Positions 62,036-64,000 of a stretch of DNA of 64,000 bases are shown piece after piece. Location of the stretch: positions 35,962,001-36,026,000 of the forward strand of contig NW_024704742.1 in the NCBI RefSeq assembly GCF_018977255.1. Direction: 5' to 3'. This DNA is from Callorhinchus milii (taxonomy: Eukaryota). The notes under the pieces were generated by a model. The model ran no database searches. It was not told where the DNA came from and was given only the letters and a program-made list of their open reading frames with translations. The number at the start of each line of letters is the position of its first letter. Within the stretch, counting starts at the first letter, position 1. The position numbers were made by a program, and so were the translations under genes.

Positions 62036-62355
62036 GGAGTCCTGTAGCTCAGTGGTTAGAGCACTCGCTTTGCAAGCGAGAGACCTGAGTTCAATTCCAG
62101 GCAGGGCGAAACCTTGGGCAAGTTTCCTCACTCCACACACCTAATAATAATCCCCCCAAAACCGAAAACAATAATAAATTGGTCATTTTCAATCTACGAC
62201 TGTTTGTGGGACATTGCTGTGCGCAATTGGCTGCCGCGTTGCCCACAAATATACAGTCAATTCACTTTACAGTGTGTTCTGTGAAGTGCTTTGGGACGTC
62301 CTCCCTACGTGAAAAGCACTATATCAAATGCAAGGATTATTATTATTATTATTAT
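62036..62355 (+). mobile_element. tRNA(Ala, TGC-like)-derived SINE, full length, young subfamily, (ATT)n tail
   Basis: A-box TAGCTCAGTGG, B-box GAGTTCAATTCC, anticodon arm CTCGC-TTTGCAA-GCGAG, L2-like 3' end; nearly identical to 30557-30878. Confidence 0.92.
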
Positions 62356-62469
62356 CATGAGTGGTACAATGCTCCACAGAGCTGCACACTGTTTGCTTGC
62401 AGCACATTTTTTTTTAAACAAACTTACCAACCTGATTGAGGCTGGTGTCCAAAAAAAGCCTCAGAACTT

Positions 62470-62492
62470 TGTGTGTGTGTGTGTGTGTGTGT
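62470..62492. repeat. (TG)n microsatellite
   Basis: Directly visible. Confidence 0.9.
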
Positions 62493-64000
62493 AAAATTGT
62501 GGTGCCCTTGATCCCTTCAATCCAGAATTGCATTTGAGAAATGTTGGGGTGCAAAATATCACTTTGCTTTGCTGCATCAAATGGATAAAACAGCCAATGC
62601 AAGACTAAAGGGCTGCCAATTATCATCCTCTATTGCTTTAGTAATCTGTAGATTAAGTTATGCCACAACTTCAGTATAAAATACAGTAACTTAATTTATA
62701 CACTTGGTGACATAAGGAGCAAGTCTTCAGTATTTACAAAGTCCTCATTTGAAAACCACATAAATTAAAAAATACACTTCTAATCAATCTCGACTGATAA
62801 AATGCATTACAATGTGCACATAAAAGTATAAATTATATACATAAGATAAGTTAACCACAATACAATGACTGGTCTTATTTAAAGAAATGGTACAAAAAGA
62901 TAATGGCAGAACTAACCAGCCACCCATCAAAGTCTCGGTCTGACAAAAGCATATGCAGCACTTAGCCAGTGAATCACTGTCATTGCAGACTTTCTGCACC
63001 ATGCTCATTACCTTTTATAGTTTTGTGATTTCTATGTGACCCATCTTAAAACATTTTTGTTTAAGTGCTCAGAGCTACTGAAGACAAGTCAAGAGACATC
63101 TAAGAAAATAAGGTTTTGCATAAGTCAGAATTTTGATGTGACTCACTGATGATTAAAAAATTGTTGGGCGCTTGACTTATTATTTACAGTCTTGTCAAAT
63201 TGATCCTGTGCGGATCCTGCAGAGCCACTACAAACATTGCTGCTGCTTGCAAAGTAGCTCTATTTTTGCCTCTGTGATAATGTGTGAAAGTCGCCAAAAA
63301 TGCTCTTTTAAATCCTACACACACACGCCCCGCCCCCCCACCCCCCAATACACAAATAAAATGCATTCTACCATTTTTGTTATCTAAAACTCAACAAAGA
63401 CTTGAACAGAAGAGACTAACACTGAATCAAGGGCTATTTACAACGTGTTTCTATGTAAACAGTTTGGTCATGGGTTTTTGGCTATCTACCCACATTTAAA
63501 CAAATCTATTTGCATTCCAACACTACTTATGTGTGACCATTGTCGTCAACTTCATTACAATAGCAATGAGTTGGCTAACCAGCAGCAAACTCAGGGTTCA
63601 CGTTTTATTTTAAAAAAGAAAGAGCAGGCCAGGTGCATGCTCAACAGATAGTTCTGAGGTGTCGTCTGAAACAGCAGCAAATAGTCAACTGCAAACCCTA
63701 GGGTTCAATCCGCCAACTTGATAGCTAACACCAAGATGGAGAACCATATTCTTAGATTCAAATTAGCTAAGATCAAGCTGGACAATATAAAGTACACACT
63801 TCAATTTGCTCTGGAGTCGATGAAACATGGTCCTCCAATGTCTGTTTTGCTCTCACTGAGATCCATCTTCTTTGGTGCTTAACATGGGAGTCCGAACCTG
63901 CTGCACTATCCCATTTCTCAAAGGCCAGTTAGTGCAAAACATGTCACATCTGGAGCCATTTTCACAGTGGTACACATCCACGCTAAACCCTACTTAGGAG

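Noticed and set aside
62036..62110. tRNA-Ala(TGC)-like sequence (also at 30557)
   Set aside because: The acceptor stem does not pair and the sequence runs directly into a SINE body and tail; it is a SINE head, not a tRNA gene

Overview
Vertebrate genomic DNA. The repeat content (tRNA-headed and Deu-domain SINEs sharing 3' tails with L2 LINEs, plus CR1 LINEs and a Harbinger relic) suggests a cartilaginous fish, possibly a chimaera; the species call is inference. The window holds one complete protein-coding gene on the minus strand, PRKG2 (cGMP-dependent protein kinase II). I traced its 18 coding exons by hand from the ATG at 42870 to the TAG at 6784. All introns are GT-AG and the phases are consistent, giving a 2376-nt CDS (791 aa + stop). 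A splice acceptor 13 nt upstream of the ATG implies a non-coding first exon, most likely within the G/C-skewed low-complexity and minisatellite region at about 45-47 kb. The rest is intronic or intergenic sequence dense in SINE and LINE fragments, and almost all ORFs in the supplied track are spurious. I found no clearly novel protein-coding system. The most interesting signals are a convergent pair of CTCF-like motifs bracketing the gene (one inside a near-perfect hairpin), a non-B-DNA and VNTR-rich putative promoter, an unclassified ~600-bp interspersed repeat family, a decayed Harbinger transposase, inverted-repeat (dsRNA) structures in introns and the 3'UTR, and direct repeats flanking an in-frame exon. 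Repeat boundaries are approximate.
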